Virus record (IMG/VR): IMGVR_UViG_3300024327_000544
Source: a virus
Strand: one strand, 5' to 3'
Length of the DNA: 64,000 bases
Below, piece after piece: positions 28,597-37,448 of this stretch. The notes under the pieces are model-generated. The model saw nothing but the letters and a program-made list of their open reading frames with translations. It was not told the DNA's origin and did not search any database. The position numbers and the translations under genes are program-made. How positions within the stretch are numbered: position 1 is the stretch's first letter; every line of letters starts with the position of its first letter.

Positions 28597-29405
28597 TTCT
28601 CTTCTTCCCCTTCTATCGTTTTGAGCTTTTCTAAAAATTCTGTTGATTCGTGCTCTGATAATCCGTACTTTGCCATTACCCAACTGCCATTTAAATTATC
28701 TCTAATAATGTTTAATTCTCTTTGAGAAAATGAAACCGCGTTTTGTTGATAATCTTCAAATGCCTCACAACAAAGGGGAAATTTTGGTTTTACCATGCCG
28801 TACATGGCAGATGCATACTCTCTAACTTCTTTTTGTGCGTGTCCATCCATTCTCAATTTACAAAACTTAAAAAAATTATGTAAATCTATTTTCCAGATAA
28901 CTTCTGTATAATTGCCAACAGGCAGTACTGCACGTGATAACTCGCGAGCTAAATCAAGATCTAATAAATTTTTGTAGGCCCAGGAAGCATTGTCGTAGAT
29001 TCTGTTAAATTCATATTTAACTAAATCTTTTTCTTCAATTTCTTCCCCCCTACCTTGGTTATTCTGTTTTGATTGCTTTTGGATATCATCATCATGAGGT
29101 ACGTAAAAATCATTACTCATAATCGAGTATCGTCCTGAATACTCATTTAAGTTCGCCGTCCTATGCCGAACTATTTGTCTCATTACAAAAATTGGTAACT
29201 TCATATGAAACTTAACTTCACACATCTCAAAAGGTGATGTATGTTCATGTCTCATCAGATACCGAATAAGATTTCTTGTCTGACTTGTCTTTCGTGTTCC
29301 CTGTCCATAACTTATTCGAGCCGCGTTTTCTACTTCTTCATCATCACCCATTATATCTAATAATTTAACAAATCCAAATTCATGGACCTTCACTTCTTCA
29401 CTCAT
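28593..29405 (-). CDS. thyX: Flavin-dependent thymidylate synthase
   Basis: AARISY, HTSPFE, RHRTANLNEYSGRY and HAQKEVR. Confidence 0.95.
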   Translation of the reverse strand: MSEEVKVHEFGFVKLLDIMGDDEEVENAARISYGQGTRKTSQTRNLIRYLMRHEHTSPFEMCEVKFHMKLPIFVMRQIVRHRTANLNEYSGRYSIMSNDFYVPHDDDIQKQSKQNNQGRGEEIEEKDLVKYEFNRIYDNASWAYKNLLDLDLARELSRAVLPVGNYTEVIWKIDLHNFFKFCKLRMDGHAQKEVREYASAMYGMVKPKFPLCCEAFEDYQQNAVSFSQRELNIIRDNLNGSWVMAKYGLSEHESTEFLEKLKTIEGEEEK

Positions 29406-30418
29406 ATTCTTTTCCACTGATTCAATTTTACCCTTGCAGGTAAGCCACGAAAGGTATTTGTATTTATGGTATCAACTATGTCTAAGATGTCCATTCCATC
29501 TAGCACCATATCATTAATATCTTTGACTTTAATTGTGTCAGGCCAGATGCAAATTGCGAAACCTTTCTTCACTGTTTTTTGCATTTTGTCTACAATTTCT
29601 TTATTTCGTCGTTCATTATCATACACAAAGGTAACGTCCCGAGCATAAAATTGACCCATATCATCCATGTCACTACCTGCCATAGCTAAAGCATTAGGAA
29701 GAAACATACTATCAATAGGACCCTCAACAATATAGGTTAATTGTTTCGGATCATTTCTATCTAATCCAAAAAGTTTACCGGCAGATTTATCAATCTTAAC
29801 AGTGAAATATCTTAAAGTTGAATCCTCTAAACTTCTTCCTTGTGCGGCTATTAACCTTTTTTCTTTATCAAAAAATGGGATAATAATTCTGGGATCATTT
29901 GGTCTTAATCGTGCAGCGATTTCTACATCATATTTACTAACCCAACTTTTAAAACAATCTGCAAAGTACATATCATGATAACGAATTTTAGGAAGCATTC
30001 TTACATCACAAAATTTTACAGCTGGATGATTTGCTCCTAGTTCAGCTAGACTAGGACATCCTACTTTTTTAAATTGAGGTTTTCTAAAGACTGGTACTTT
30101 TTCTTCTCTCTCTGGATGAGTATCATCTCCAGCATCTTCTCTATATTTTTCAAAAGAATATTGCTTAGATAATGTTGGATCAATTTTATCTAATAATACT
30201 TTTAAAGGTCCACCAGAACCACAATTATGGCATTTAAATATTAATTGTTGTTTTTTATTGAAAAGATAACCTCTAGCTTTAAATTGATTCTTAGATGAAT
30301 CTCCACATAATGGGCATCTGAAATTGTAAAGCTCTCTGGATTTTCTTGTAAAACGTTGAAGGCGGGATGATAATAAATTTGTATACTTATGATCTATGTA
30401 AAGACTCATATCTCTCAA
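29402..30418 (-). CDS. gp61: DNA primase (T4 gp61); likely start 30409
   Basis: CPLCGDS..RGY..CHNCG zinc finger, IIPF, QGRSL, VEGPIDS TOPRIM and KDIND. Confidence 0.95.
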   Translation of the reverse strand: MRDMSLYIDHKYTNLLSSRLQRFTRKSRELYNFRCPLCGDSSKNQFKARGYLFNKKQQLIFKCHNCGSGGPLKVLLDKIDPTLSKQYSFEKYREDAGDDTHPEREEKVPVFRKPQFKKVGCPSLAELGANHPAVKFCDVRMLPKIRYHDMYFADCFKSWVSKYDVEIAARLRPNDPRIIIPFFDKEKRLIAAQGRSLEDSTLRYFTVKIDKSAGKLFGLDRNDPKQLTYIVEGPIDSMFLPNALAMAGSDMDDMGQFYARDVTFVYDNERRNKEIVDKMQKTVKKGFAICIWPDTIKVKDINDMVLDGMDILDIVDTINTNTFRGLPARVKLNQWKRI

Positions 30419-30446
30419 TGGCGCGGGGTTTAATATAAAGATTATA

Positions 30447-30475
30447 TTATAACATAATAAACAATAAATTTCAAG
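30447..30475 (-). promoter_or_regulatory. Sigma70-like promoter upstream of primase
   Basis: TTGAAA-N17-TATAAT (coordinates approximate). Confidence 0.5.
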
Positions 30476-30480
30476 GATAA

Positions 30481-30509
30481 AAAAAGGGAATCAATTGATT
30501 CCCTTTTTT
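30481..30509. terminator. Bidirectional rho-independent terminator
   Basis: Perfect palindrome AAAAAGGGAATC-AATT-GATTCCCTTTTT. Confidence 0.8.
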
Positions 30510-30550
30510 GCCGAGGATGGTCTTCAGTTTTTGCCGAGGATGGTCTTCAG
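30505..30550. repeat. Exact 23-bp tandem duplication
   Basis: TTTTTGCCGAGGATGGTCTTCAG occurs twice (30505-30527 and 30528-30550). Confidence 0.9.
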
Positions 30551-30876
30551 CTAAACATTCTTACAATCTTAACGATTTCAACCCCTGCATTGATCGCTTC
30601 TTCTACCATTACTTCGGTATCATCAGCTAAGTCAGCTAATCCAAATTCATCCTTGGCATATTGTACCAATTCTGCGAATTCAGCATCGTCTAGGTCTTGT
30701 AGTTCAACTAAAACGTCTTCAATATTGTCGATAGCTGGTCCCAACTTTTTTAAAGGTTCAATAAAATCCATTGCATCTGACCAACCAATATCACCGTCTT
30801 CCAATGCCGAAGCCGTTGCTTTTCCAAGTGAAAACACAAAAGCTAAAACGTCTTTTGTCTCTTGTATTCCTGCCAT
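30547..30876 (-). CDS. Acidic hypothetical protein
   Basis: 109-aa ORF with AAAGG RBS and good codon usage. Confidence 0.65.
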   Translation of the reverse strand: MAGIQETKDVLAFVFSLGKATASALEDGDIGWSDAMDFIEPLKKLGPAIDNIEDVLVELQDLDDAEFAELVQYAKDEFGLADLADDTEVMVEEAINAGVEIVKIVRMFS

Positions 30877-30886
30877 AATTACCTTT

Positions 30887-31684
30887 CTAAACTGTTATAT
30901 TTTGTGATGGGAATATTCTTAGATGCTCTTTAATACCTTTCCTGGCTAGGACTGGCATAGCATCACCTTTTTTCTTTTTCTTTCTAACAGGTGGATCATC
31001 ACCTGCTTCAGCACTACCCGCAATACCACCTGCTCCCATTGACATTGCAGGTGCATCTTCTATAACTTCATCTTCAGGTTCATAATTTGCCCCTAAAGTT
31101 GTCATTACAGGTACAATTGCTAACAAATACATTTGAATTTTAATTGGATCTAATCCCATTGCTTGTGCGGTTGCTATTGCATGCTGAGCTTTTTTATTAT
31201 TCATATTTCTATGAACATCTTTGAATAAATTCACAAGGTTCTCATCAATCGCTTCTTCTTTCACTTCTTTCAAAAACGTTTGATCAGGATCATTCATATC
31301 TAATTGCCATTCACAACACATATCTTCGTAAAGAATGGAAAACTCTTCCTCTAAAAACTTTTCATCTTGTAATAACTTTAGTTGATTCTCTTCTCTAAGC
31401 AATAACAAGGCAGCAGCATAAGTCGCAATTCTTGACTTACCACCAGGCACTTTTCCTAGAAGCCTTTTCAAATTGAAAATAAGCGTATCCATCATTGTAT
31501 AGGCATCACGTTGATCTTGTGTGGTAAAATTTCTTTTCTTAATAAGATTTTTACCATTCTTATCAACAATACCTAATGCATATGCTTTAGTTTTTTCGAA
31601 GGGAGTTACCAGGCGCTTTAAAAAGGAAAATAGGAAGAATAAATCTGAACCCTGCGTTAATACTGATTTTAATCCTATAGGCAT
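30887..31684 (-). CDS. Conserved T4-like hypothetical protein (late region)
   Basis: FLKRLVTPFEKT.AY.LGI.D..G and N.KRLL.K.PGGKS..A.YAAAL.L motifs recalled from T4-like phages. Confidence 0.65.
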   Translation of the reverse strand: MPIGLKSVLTQGSDLFFLFSFLKRLVTPFEKTKAYALGIVDKNGKNLIKKRNFTTQDQRDAYTMMDTLIFNLKRLLGKVPGGKSRIATYAAALLLLREENQLKLLQDEKFLEEEFSILYEDMCCEWQLDMNDPDQTFLKEVKEEAIDENLVNLFKDVHRNMNNKKAQHAIATAQAMGLDPIKIQMYLLAIVPVMTTLGANYEPEDEVIEDAPAMSMGAGGIAGSAEAGDDPPVRKKKKKGDAMPVLARKGIKEHLRIFPSQNITV

Positions 31685-32067
31685 CTTAACTGCTTTACTA
31701 CATGTTGATCTAATTGAATATCACCGTCTCGAATATCCGTACCTTTTACGCCACGAACTATTTTGGGCATTCTTCTTAAATAAATTAAAAAGGGTTTTAA
31801 TACTGCCCAACTATTGTCTTCAATTTTGTAAAATAATATTCGCGTACCGGATTCATTGTCAAATAGATTATATATCATAATCAAATGGTTAAGAATCAAC
31901 CTTTCTTTCAATTCACCTGATGCAAGATAATGATTTAAGTGTCTTTTTAAATACTTAAATCTTTTCATATCATCACTATAATCCTCTGTACTTATGCATT
32001 GAGGATTATTGTATTTGTGCATGCAGAAAAGTTCGATATTATTTTCGGTAATATCATCAAAATTCAT
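31675..32067 (-). CDS. Conserved T4-like hypothetical protein
   Basis: YNNPQC..F..D.KRFKY.KR and ERLILNH motifs. Confidence 0.7.
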   Translation of the reverse strand: MNFDDITENNIELFCMHKYNNPQCISTEDYSDDMKRFKYLKRHLNHYLASGELKERLILNHLIMIYNLFDNESGTRILFYKIEDNSWAVLKPFLIYLRRMPKIVRGVKGTDIRDGDIQLDQHVVKQLRCL

Positions 32068-32071
32068 GCGT

Positions 32072-32314
32072 CTATTTCTTTTTTTCTTTTTTCACAGGAT
32101 CTTCAGATGGCTCTTCTACTGGTGCATCATCGGAATCCTTTGATTTTTCAAACAAACTTAAATAATGATTACTAACCTGTATAGCGCCTTGAAGTGAAGA
32201 CAGTGTGGAGACAAGTTGTTGTTCTTCTCCCCTCACTGCTTCTAATCTTTGCTTTACAGATATAACATCTTTTTGTAAAAACTCAATTTGTTTTTCAATA
32301 TTTTCTTTAGTCAT
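32072..32314 (-). CDS. Small coiled-coil protein
   Basis: Heptad-rich, contains LQGAIQ. Confidence 0.6.
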   Translation of the reverse strand: MTKENIEKQIEFLQKDVISVKQRLEAVRGEEQQLVSTLSSLQGAIQVSNHYLSLFEKSKDSDDAPVEEPSEDPVKKEKKK

Positions 32315-32334
32315 AATATTCTATTAATTATATA

Positions 32335-33060
32335 TTAAGCAATTCCATCCCAGAGTAAAACATACTTAGTTACACCAGAAATGTTACATTTAATAGCACC
32401 ATTTGCAGGGGCAGTATAAGAACCAGATGTATTTGCACCTGTTGTCAAAAATGGACCAACATTGGCTCCAGCAGACGCACCATATCCACCAGTTGGAGCT
32501 GCGTCCCAAGCAAAAGCAACATTCTGTGATGCTCCAGTCAAGGAACTTGCAACATCAAACTTAAGAAAAGCAGTTGGTGAAGCACTAGGTGCCGCGGCAC
32601 TATTTGCGTGTGATGCGATAATACAATATGACTTACCTGCAGATGAATCTGTACTGTCAAATGTATTAAGATCTAGGATACCTTTAACGCCTGATACTTC
32701 TGAAGTGAAAGCAACGTTTCCATCATGGATCTTTGCTGTTCCTGAAGAGGCTGTTAATACAGCAACATTACCTTGAGCTAAACCGGTTGCTTTAACATCG
32801 ACGGTAACATCAGATGTTACAATACTATTAAAAACATTAGCAGACGATGGAGCTAAGTTAGCGGTGTGTAGAGTTTTATGAATTATCTCTGATGTTGCTT
32901 GTGCAGTCCCGGTAATTGTATGTGTTACATTAGCGAGAAATGATTTAACAGTTAACTTTTTGTTAACTGGAGATCCTGAAGGATCATCAATTATGTGTAA
33001 AAGGTCTTCACTTGCTGCTTCTGATGCTGCAGTTAAAGCCGTTATTTTCTTATCTGCCAT
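32335..33060 (-). CDS. Virion structural/fibre-like protein
   Basis: [22 protein letters not shown]-terminus and an Ala/Ser/Thr/Gly-rich beta body. Confidence 0.6.
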   Translation of the reverse strand: MADKKITALTAASEAASEDLLHIIDDPSGSPVNKKLTVKSFLANVTHTITGTAQATSEIIHKTLHTANLAPSSANVFNSIVTSDVTVDVKATGLAQGNVAVLTASSGTAKIHDGNVAFTSEVSGVKGILDLNTFDSTDSSAGKSYCIIASHANSAAAPSASPTAFLKFDVASSLTGASQNVAFAWDAAPTGGYGASAGANVGPFLTTGANTSGSYTAPANGAIKCNISGVTKYVLLWDGIA

Positions 33061-33168
33061 CTAATCTCCTTGCTGGCGTCGTGATGGGACTCATCACCAG
33101 TTAAAATCATGCTGAGAATCGCTCACTCTTGCGAAGGGTTTTCCTCAGACATCCAAAAAATATTTATG
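33061..33168 (-). promoter_or_regulatory. Late-promoter-like CATAAATA followed by a structured leader of about 100 nt
   Basis: CATAAATA at 33161-33168, two GC-richer stem-loops, then an AAGGAG SD. Confidence 0.5.
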
Positions 33169-34006
33169 TTACTAAACCTAATCTTTCTAATTCGGTTATA
33201 ATATGCGCCGCGGTGCTAGCACCTGCGCTAAATGTTGTATTTTGAGATACCGGTGTGGCACCATAAAATCCAACAGGATCCGTGGCTTCACCTAATTGTA
33301 GGCCACCCACAAATCTTATTACTGAAGTATTTGCAGATATGTACATATCTTTTTCTGTACCATCTTCAAATGCCATATCTATTCCAGATTCTAATTGCAA
33401 ATTACCAGTTTCTGAAAAGGTACTAGTAAAAGAACCATTTTCAGGAATACTATCTTCAACTAAAATACTTCCTTGAAAATCAATTCTTGATTCTATTAAA
33501 CCGACAATTTGCCATTTATCTGTAACTTTGTGTCCTGTAACACCATCAAATTTAATACTTACACCATTTGCTAATGCTTGCGTAGATCCGTCAATACTGA
33601 CAGTTGCTGCGCCGGTTGATGTATTTCCATCTCTCCACCATTTAAATGTATCATTTGCTGAAGAAGATGTTCCATCAATCTCTACATGCCATACAGAATT
33701 TTCTGCCATATCTAAGGTCCCCAAAATGACAGTCAAATCATCCTGTTCACCTTTTAATACTTCTGGCTGTAAAACAGTTTTAGAATTTCGTAAATTTAAA
33801 TCTCTTGCAATATTGGTATCAGCTCTAGATTGAACCTTATTTGCTACACTTCTAGTTGTTGTATCTGTAGAAAGTGCTGATAGTAATGTGTCTACACGTA
33901 TTTTCTTATTTACGGGATTACCAGAAGGATCATCAACTATAATTAATAAGTCTTCCGCCGTAGGACTATCATGTGTATTTAAAGCGGGTATCGTTTTATC
34001 TGCCAT
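33164..34006 (-). CDS. Virion structural/fibre-like protein
   Basis: N-terminus paralogous to 32335..33060 (MADKTIPAL..EDLLIIVDDPSGNPVNKK). C-terminal VGFYGATPV motif. Confidence 0.6.
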   Translation of the reverse strand: MADKTIPALNTHDSPTAEDLLIIVDDPSGNPVNKKIRVDTLLSALSTDTTTRSVANKVQSRADTNIARDLNLRNSKTVLQPEVLKGEQDDLTVILGTLDMAENSVWHVEIDGTSSSANDTFKWWRDGNTSTGAATVSIDGSTQALANGVSIKFDGVTGHKVTDKWQIVGLIESRIDFQGSILVEDSIPENGSFTSTFSETGNLQLESGIDMAFEDGTEKDMYISANTSVIRFVGGLQLGEATDPVGFYGATPVSQNTTFSAGASTAAHIITELERLGLVT

Positions 34007-34230
34007 TAATTTTCTTCCAATTCAGGAACATCAATCTCTTTAGATTCAGCTGTTTGTAGTAATGCATCAAGGGCTTGTATAGCGCCATCATAACTATGTA
34101 TACCACGTTTACTATTTTCTACCTCGTCATTAAGCTGAGAAAGTTTTTGGGTAAGTTTTTCTTTCTCAGCTTTGTATGACTGTAGTTGCTGCAATACTAC
34201 AGCAACATTTATATTTTCCACATATTCCAT
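34006..34230 (-). CDS. Small coiled-coil protein
   Basis: Heptad-rich, contains YDGAIQ. Confidence 0.6.
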   Translation of the reverse strand: MEYVENINVAVVLQQLQSYKAEKEKLTQKLSQLNDEVENSKRGIHSYDGAIQALDALLQTAESKEIDVPELEEN

Positions 34231-34245
34231 AATATTATTTAACTA

Positions 34246-34815
34246 TTAAGTTACTGTCAATGTTACCGCAGTTAATCCTGAAAGAACTAACAATGCTACA
34301 GTTGATCCATCAGTTGTATCTTTAATTGTACCACTATTTAGTGCCACATTAGATCCACCTAATGTAAGAACATCGCTTGTTGCAACTGTTTGACTTGCTA
34401 CGCTGAAAGTGAGCCTGTTTGTTCCAGAACCTGAAGCATATGAAGCTGTATGTGGTCCACGACCAGATCCAGTTCCTTCGTTACCGTTTGCAATAGCAAC
34501 TTGTGGTGTTCCAGTAACTGTAACTCTTTCATCCCAAGTAATCTGAACAGAAACTGTTCTCGATCCACCAGTGATTGCAGAAGCTGTAAATCTCATTGAT
34601 GTAACAGTTGGTGCAGCAAGTGAAGTACCAAGACCACCCATTGCAACTAGAATCTCAGGGGACGCTGAAGCATTTTTACTGGCTTTAGTATTAACAACCC
34701 AACCATTGTCAGCGCCATAGATATCTTGTTTATTGTATGTTGCACCTTCTGTGGTACCAACCCATTTTGGTTTTTGTGCCTGAGTACCAGCAGCGGCTTT
34801 TCCCCATAGAGGCAT
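34246..34815 (-). CDS. Virion structural protein (MPLWG family) with Ig-like C-terminus
   Basis: MPLWG..KPKW..GWV..EILVA, then a TWDERVTVTG..Y.SGSGTN.LTF Ig-like pattern. Behind a late promoter. Confidence 0.65.
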   Translation of the reverse strand: MPLWGKAAAGTQAQKPKWVGTTEGATYNKQDIYGADNGWVVNTKASKNASASPEILVAMGGLGTSLAAPTVTSMRFTASAITGGSRTVSVQITWDERVTVTGTPQVAIANGNEGTGSGRGPHTASYASGSGTNRLTFSVASQTVATSDVLTLGGSNVALNSGTIKDTTDGSTVALLVLSGLTAVTLTVT

Positions 34816-34839
34816 GAATTTCTCCTATTAATTTTTAAA

Positions 34840-34847
34840 TATTTATA
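34840..34847 (-). promoter_or_regulatory. T4-type late promoter TATAAATA
   Basis: Exact consensus 25 nt upstream of a virion-type gene that has an AGGAG SD. Confidence 0.7.
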
Positions 34848-35586
34848 ACAATTCTTTAAACTCATCCATAGACATTGTATCTATGTTTGGAATTTCTTTA
34901 TTAAAACACTCTTCTTCCTGAATATGTACAAAATTGACTTCAGGAAAGTGTTCCGTAAACATAACTTCAAAATTGTGAATCCATCCCTTAGCCTGAACTG
35001 GTAAAGCATAACTCGGAGCATAACAATCTGTATCTTTATATATATTGTTTACTTTTCCATCATTTATGTTAAAATCAAAGCCCATTAAATAAACCGTTTC
35101 AGGTTTTTCTTGTTCACAACATAGCCAAGTTGCGAGTAGTCCTGAATCTAACATTGGTATATGTTTTAAATCGTCTACCACATCTACTTTATCATGTTCT
35201 GATAACCATGTAAAATAATGAACCGGTTTGTCTAGCAGATCCATTGTATGAGTATCATCATGAAAAACTCTACTTATTTCTTGTCCGTAATAGGCAAATT
35301 TATATCCTGTATTCTTATTCTCTATTACCTCAATATCAGGTGTAACTGTTGACCTGAAAACTGGATACATATCAGGATCCAGTAACTGAAAATTTCTAAA
35401 CCAACAATGATGTAATTTTGGATACTGTGATATTACTATTTCATGTAACATCTTATTATCTATACATATTAGATGTGTGGGGTTCCAATCCCTGTACATC
35501 GCATTACAACCATATGTTGTATGATCCAATAATAAATTGAGATTAAAAGCCTTACGACTTTCCCCGTTTCCAATCACTATATTCAT
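34843..35586 (-). CDS. MptE/DUF115-like or sialyltransferase-fold glycosyltransferase-like protein
   Basis: IVIGNGESR, YGCNA.YRD..P..L...D and VYLMGFDF. Confidence 0.55.
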   Translation of the reverse strand: MNIVIGNGESRKAFNLNLLLDHTTYGCNAMYRDWNPTHLICIDNKMLHEIVISQYPKLHHCWFRNFQLLDPDMYPVFRSTVTPDIEVIENKNTGYKFAYYGQEISRVFHDDTHTMDLLDKPVHYFTWLSEHDKVDVVDDLKHIPMLDSGLLATWLCCEQEKPETVYLMGFDFNINDGKVNNIYKDTDCYAPSYALPVQAKGWIHNFEVMFTEHFPEVNFVHIQEEECFNKEIPNIDTMSMDEFKELL

Positions 35587-35595
35587 ATTGTTTGT

Positions 35596-37446
35596 TTATA
35601 CTTCTAGTCCGGAATCTTCTTTTTCGCCCTGTGGTTCAGCTGGTCTAGGAGAAGCATATGAATATGCATCACCTACACGTGATATCTGTCCTGCTTCTAA
35701 CATATCATCCAATAACTTTTGTACTTGCATTGGACTACACTTCAATGCACGAGCAATTGAAGTAGCTGAAGCTGGCGAATCATCAGAAGCAAATTCGGCA
35801 CCAACAGGTACTGCCCTTTTTACACGACCAAAAGAACTACCACCTGCTAGATATTCAAGTATATTATTTTCGAGAGTTCCGTCTTTCTGTTCTGCTGCCA
35901 TTTTCTGTTTATACTTCCGTACGAAGGAAACACCTGTACTTTCTTTCACTGTTGGCTCCATCTTTATTTTGTTATCGACCTTACCGGTCTCTTTTACTTT
36001 GGATCCGATTTCATCAGAATCCTCTTCTTCTTTTTTAGCTTCATCATAAGTTGGATCAGGCGCTGATTGTTGCTTTGCAATTATTTCTTTGGCCTTCTCA
36101 TAAGCAAGCTTTCTAATTTTTTCTTTAAATACTCTACGCCTTGCATCAATAGTTTCAGGAACCTCTTCTTCAGTACCTTCCAATGCAGAAAACGCTAAAT
36201 TCGCAAGTTTTGAACGCGTTGTAGAAGCTCCAGCGTCTTTCTTGATTCCGCTCATACCTCCATCATCAGTCCGTCTAGCATTTTCGGCATCTTTTTGTTT
36301 CTTCCTTAATGCTCTATCTTTATCTGCTTGAGCCTGTCGTTTTTCCTGTTCCTTATCATTTGCATTGGCTTGTGTTTCACGAGCTTTATCTGCTTTTTTT
36401 GCATCAGCCTGATTGTCTTGATTGCCTGACTTTTGTTTTATCTTATTATTGCTAGCTTGTTTATCAGCAATCTTTTCCGCATCTGATTTTGCTTCATCTA
36501 GATCATCATCTTCACCAATAATTGAACCAGCAGCTTTTTCTAAATCTGCCAACTCACACTCATCTGCTAATTTTTGAACTTCAGGTGAAGGTGCATCAAT
36601 TGTTCCCATCTTAGTGGCATATGCAAGAGATACTAATCTGCGTTCTGGAGTTCTAATTAAACGTTCTCCGATCTCTGCCCATGTAAGACCATCATACTTC
36701 TGATGCATTTCAGACATCAACCAGCCATGATATTTTTCTGTCTTCATCTTCTTCATGACTTTATCTGCAATCTTTTGATCATTCATTAAGATCATTAGAA
36801 CAGATTGACGTGGCTCTTCTTCCATGCTATCTAAGTAAGGTGCTAACTTATCATAAGAGCGTTGTTTAATTAACTTTGCAGCGCCTTCAAGAGACAACTT
36901 ATCTCTACCTCTTGTTACTTTAGCTAATGCAATGGTTTCTTTGTAGATATCCACCGCTCCAGGTTTTCCATGAGAAACTGATTCTTTAGTACCATATATT
37001 TGATCATCCATATTTGTAACTGTATCTTGTTTTAGGGAATACTCAACCTCTTCTGGATCATCTTTCTTTTTCTTCTTCTTCTGTTGCTTTTTCATATTAA
37101 CATCTTTATATTCATCCTTAGACATTTCATCAACGTTTGCTGAACAATCACAATTCTTACATCCTTCAGGACATTCACAAGGCCCACCATCACAACAAGG
37201 ACAACCTTCGCCTTTATCTTCAACAGCCTTACTAATTGCTTTCCTTTTCTTATGTAGAAACTTATCAGAATCGTCTTCATCACCATCTTTATCTATATCT
37301 ACAAATTCGTCATCTGAACGATCTTTCCAATCTTGTTTAACTGCGTCTTTGTCCACAGGAGCGAGTTTTCTCTTCTCCCTTATCATCTCAATGTCTGCTT
37401 CTGTTATCGCCGAGTAATTCGCGGGATAATATTTTGACCAATCCAT
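35596..37446 (-). CDS. Large charged internal-head-like protein with Cys cluster and C-terminal winged helix
   Basis: N-terminal ..AITE-A, DIDKDGDEDDSD..KKRKAISKA, CPCCDGGPCECPEGCKNCDC, and SATSIARALKCSPMQVQKLLDDMLEAGQISR. Confidence 0.55.
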   Translation of the reverse strand: MDWSKYYPANYSAITEADIEMIREKRKLAPVDKDAVKQDWKDRSDDEFVDIDKDGDEDDSDKFLHKKRKAISKAVEDKGEGCPCCDGGPCECPEGCKNCDCSANVDEMSKDEYKDVNMKKQQKKKKKKDDPEEVEYSLKQDTVTNMDDQIYGTKESVSHGKPGAVDIYKETIALAKVTRGRDKLSLEGAAKLIKQRSYDKLAPYLDSMEEEPRQSVLMILMNDQKIADKVMKKMKTEKYHGWLMSEMHQKYDGLTWAEIGERLIRTPERRLVSLAYATKMGTIDAPSPEVQKLADECELADLEKAAGSIIGEDDDLDEAKSDAEKIADKQASNNKIKQKSGNQDNQADAKKADKARETQANANDKEQEKRQAQADKDRALRKKQKDAENARRTDDGGMSGIKKDAGASTTRSKLANLAFSALEGTEEEVPETIDARRRVFKEKIRKLAYEKAKEIIAKQQSAPDPTYDEAKKEEEDSDEIGSKVKETGKVDNKIKMEPTVKESTGVSFVRKYKQKMAAEQKDGTLENNILEYLAGGSSFGRVKRAVPVGAEFASDDSPASATSIARALKCSPMQVQKLLDDMLEAGQISRVGDAYSYASPRPAEPQGEKEDSGLEV

Positions 37447-37448
37447 TA

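Noticed and set aside
21195-29405. Replacement of thymine or cytosine by a hypermodified base as the established role of the sugar module
   Set aside because: No dCMP/dUMP hydroxymethylase or dCTPase-type gene is in the window, and ThyX plus dUTPase indicate normal dTTP synthesis. It is kept only as a testable alternative.
30505-30550. Possible mini-CRISPR array
   Set aside because: Only two directly abutting copies, with no spacer between them and no cas genes.
33073-33100. Hammerhead ribozyme suggested by TGATGAG
   Set aside because: The core reads GUGAUGA rather than CUGAUGA, and there is no GAAA element or three-stem junction.
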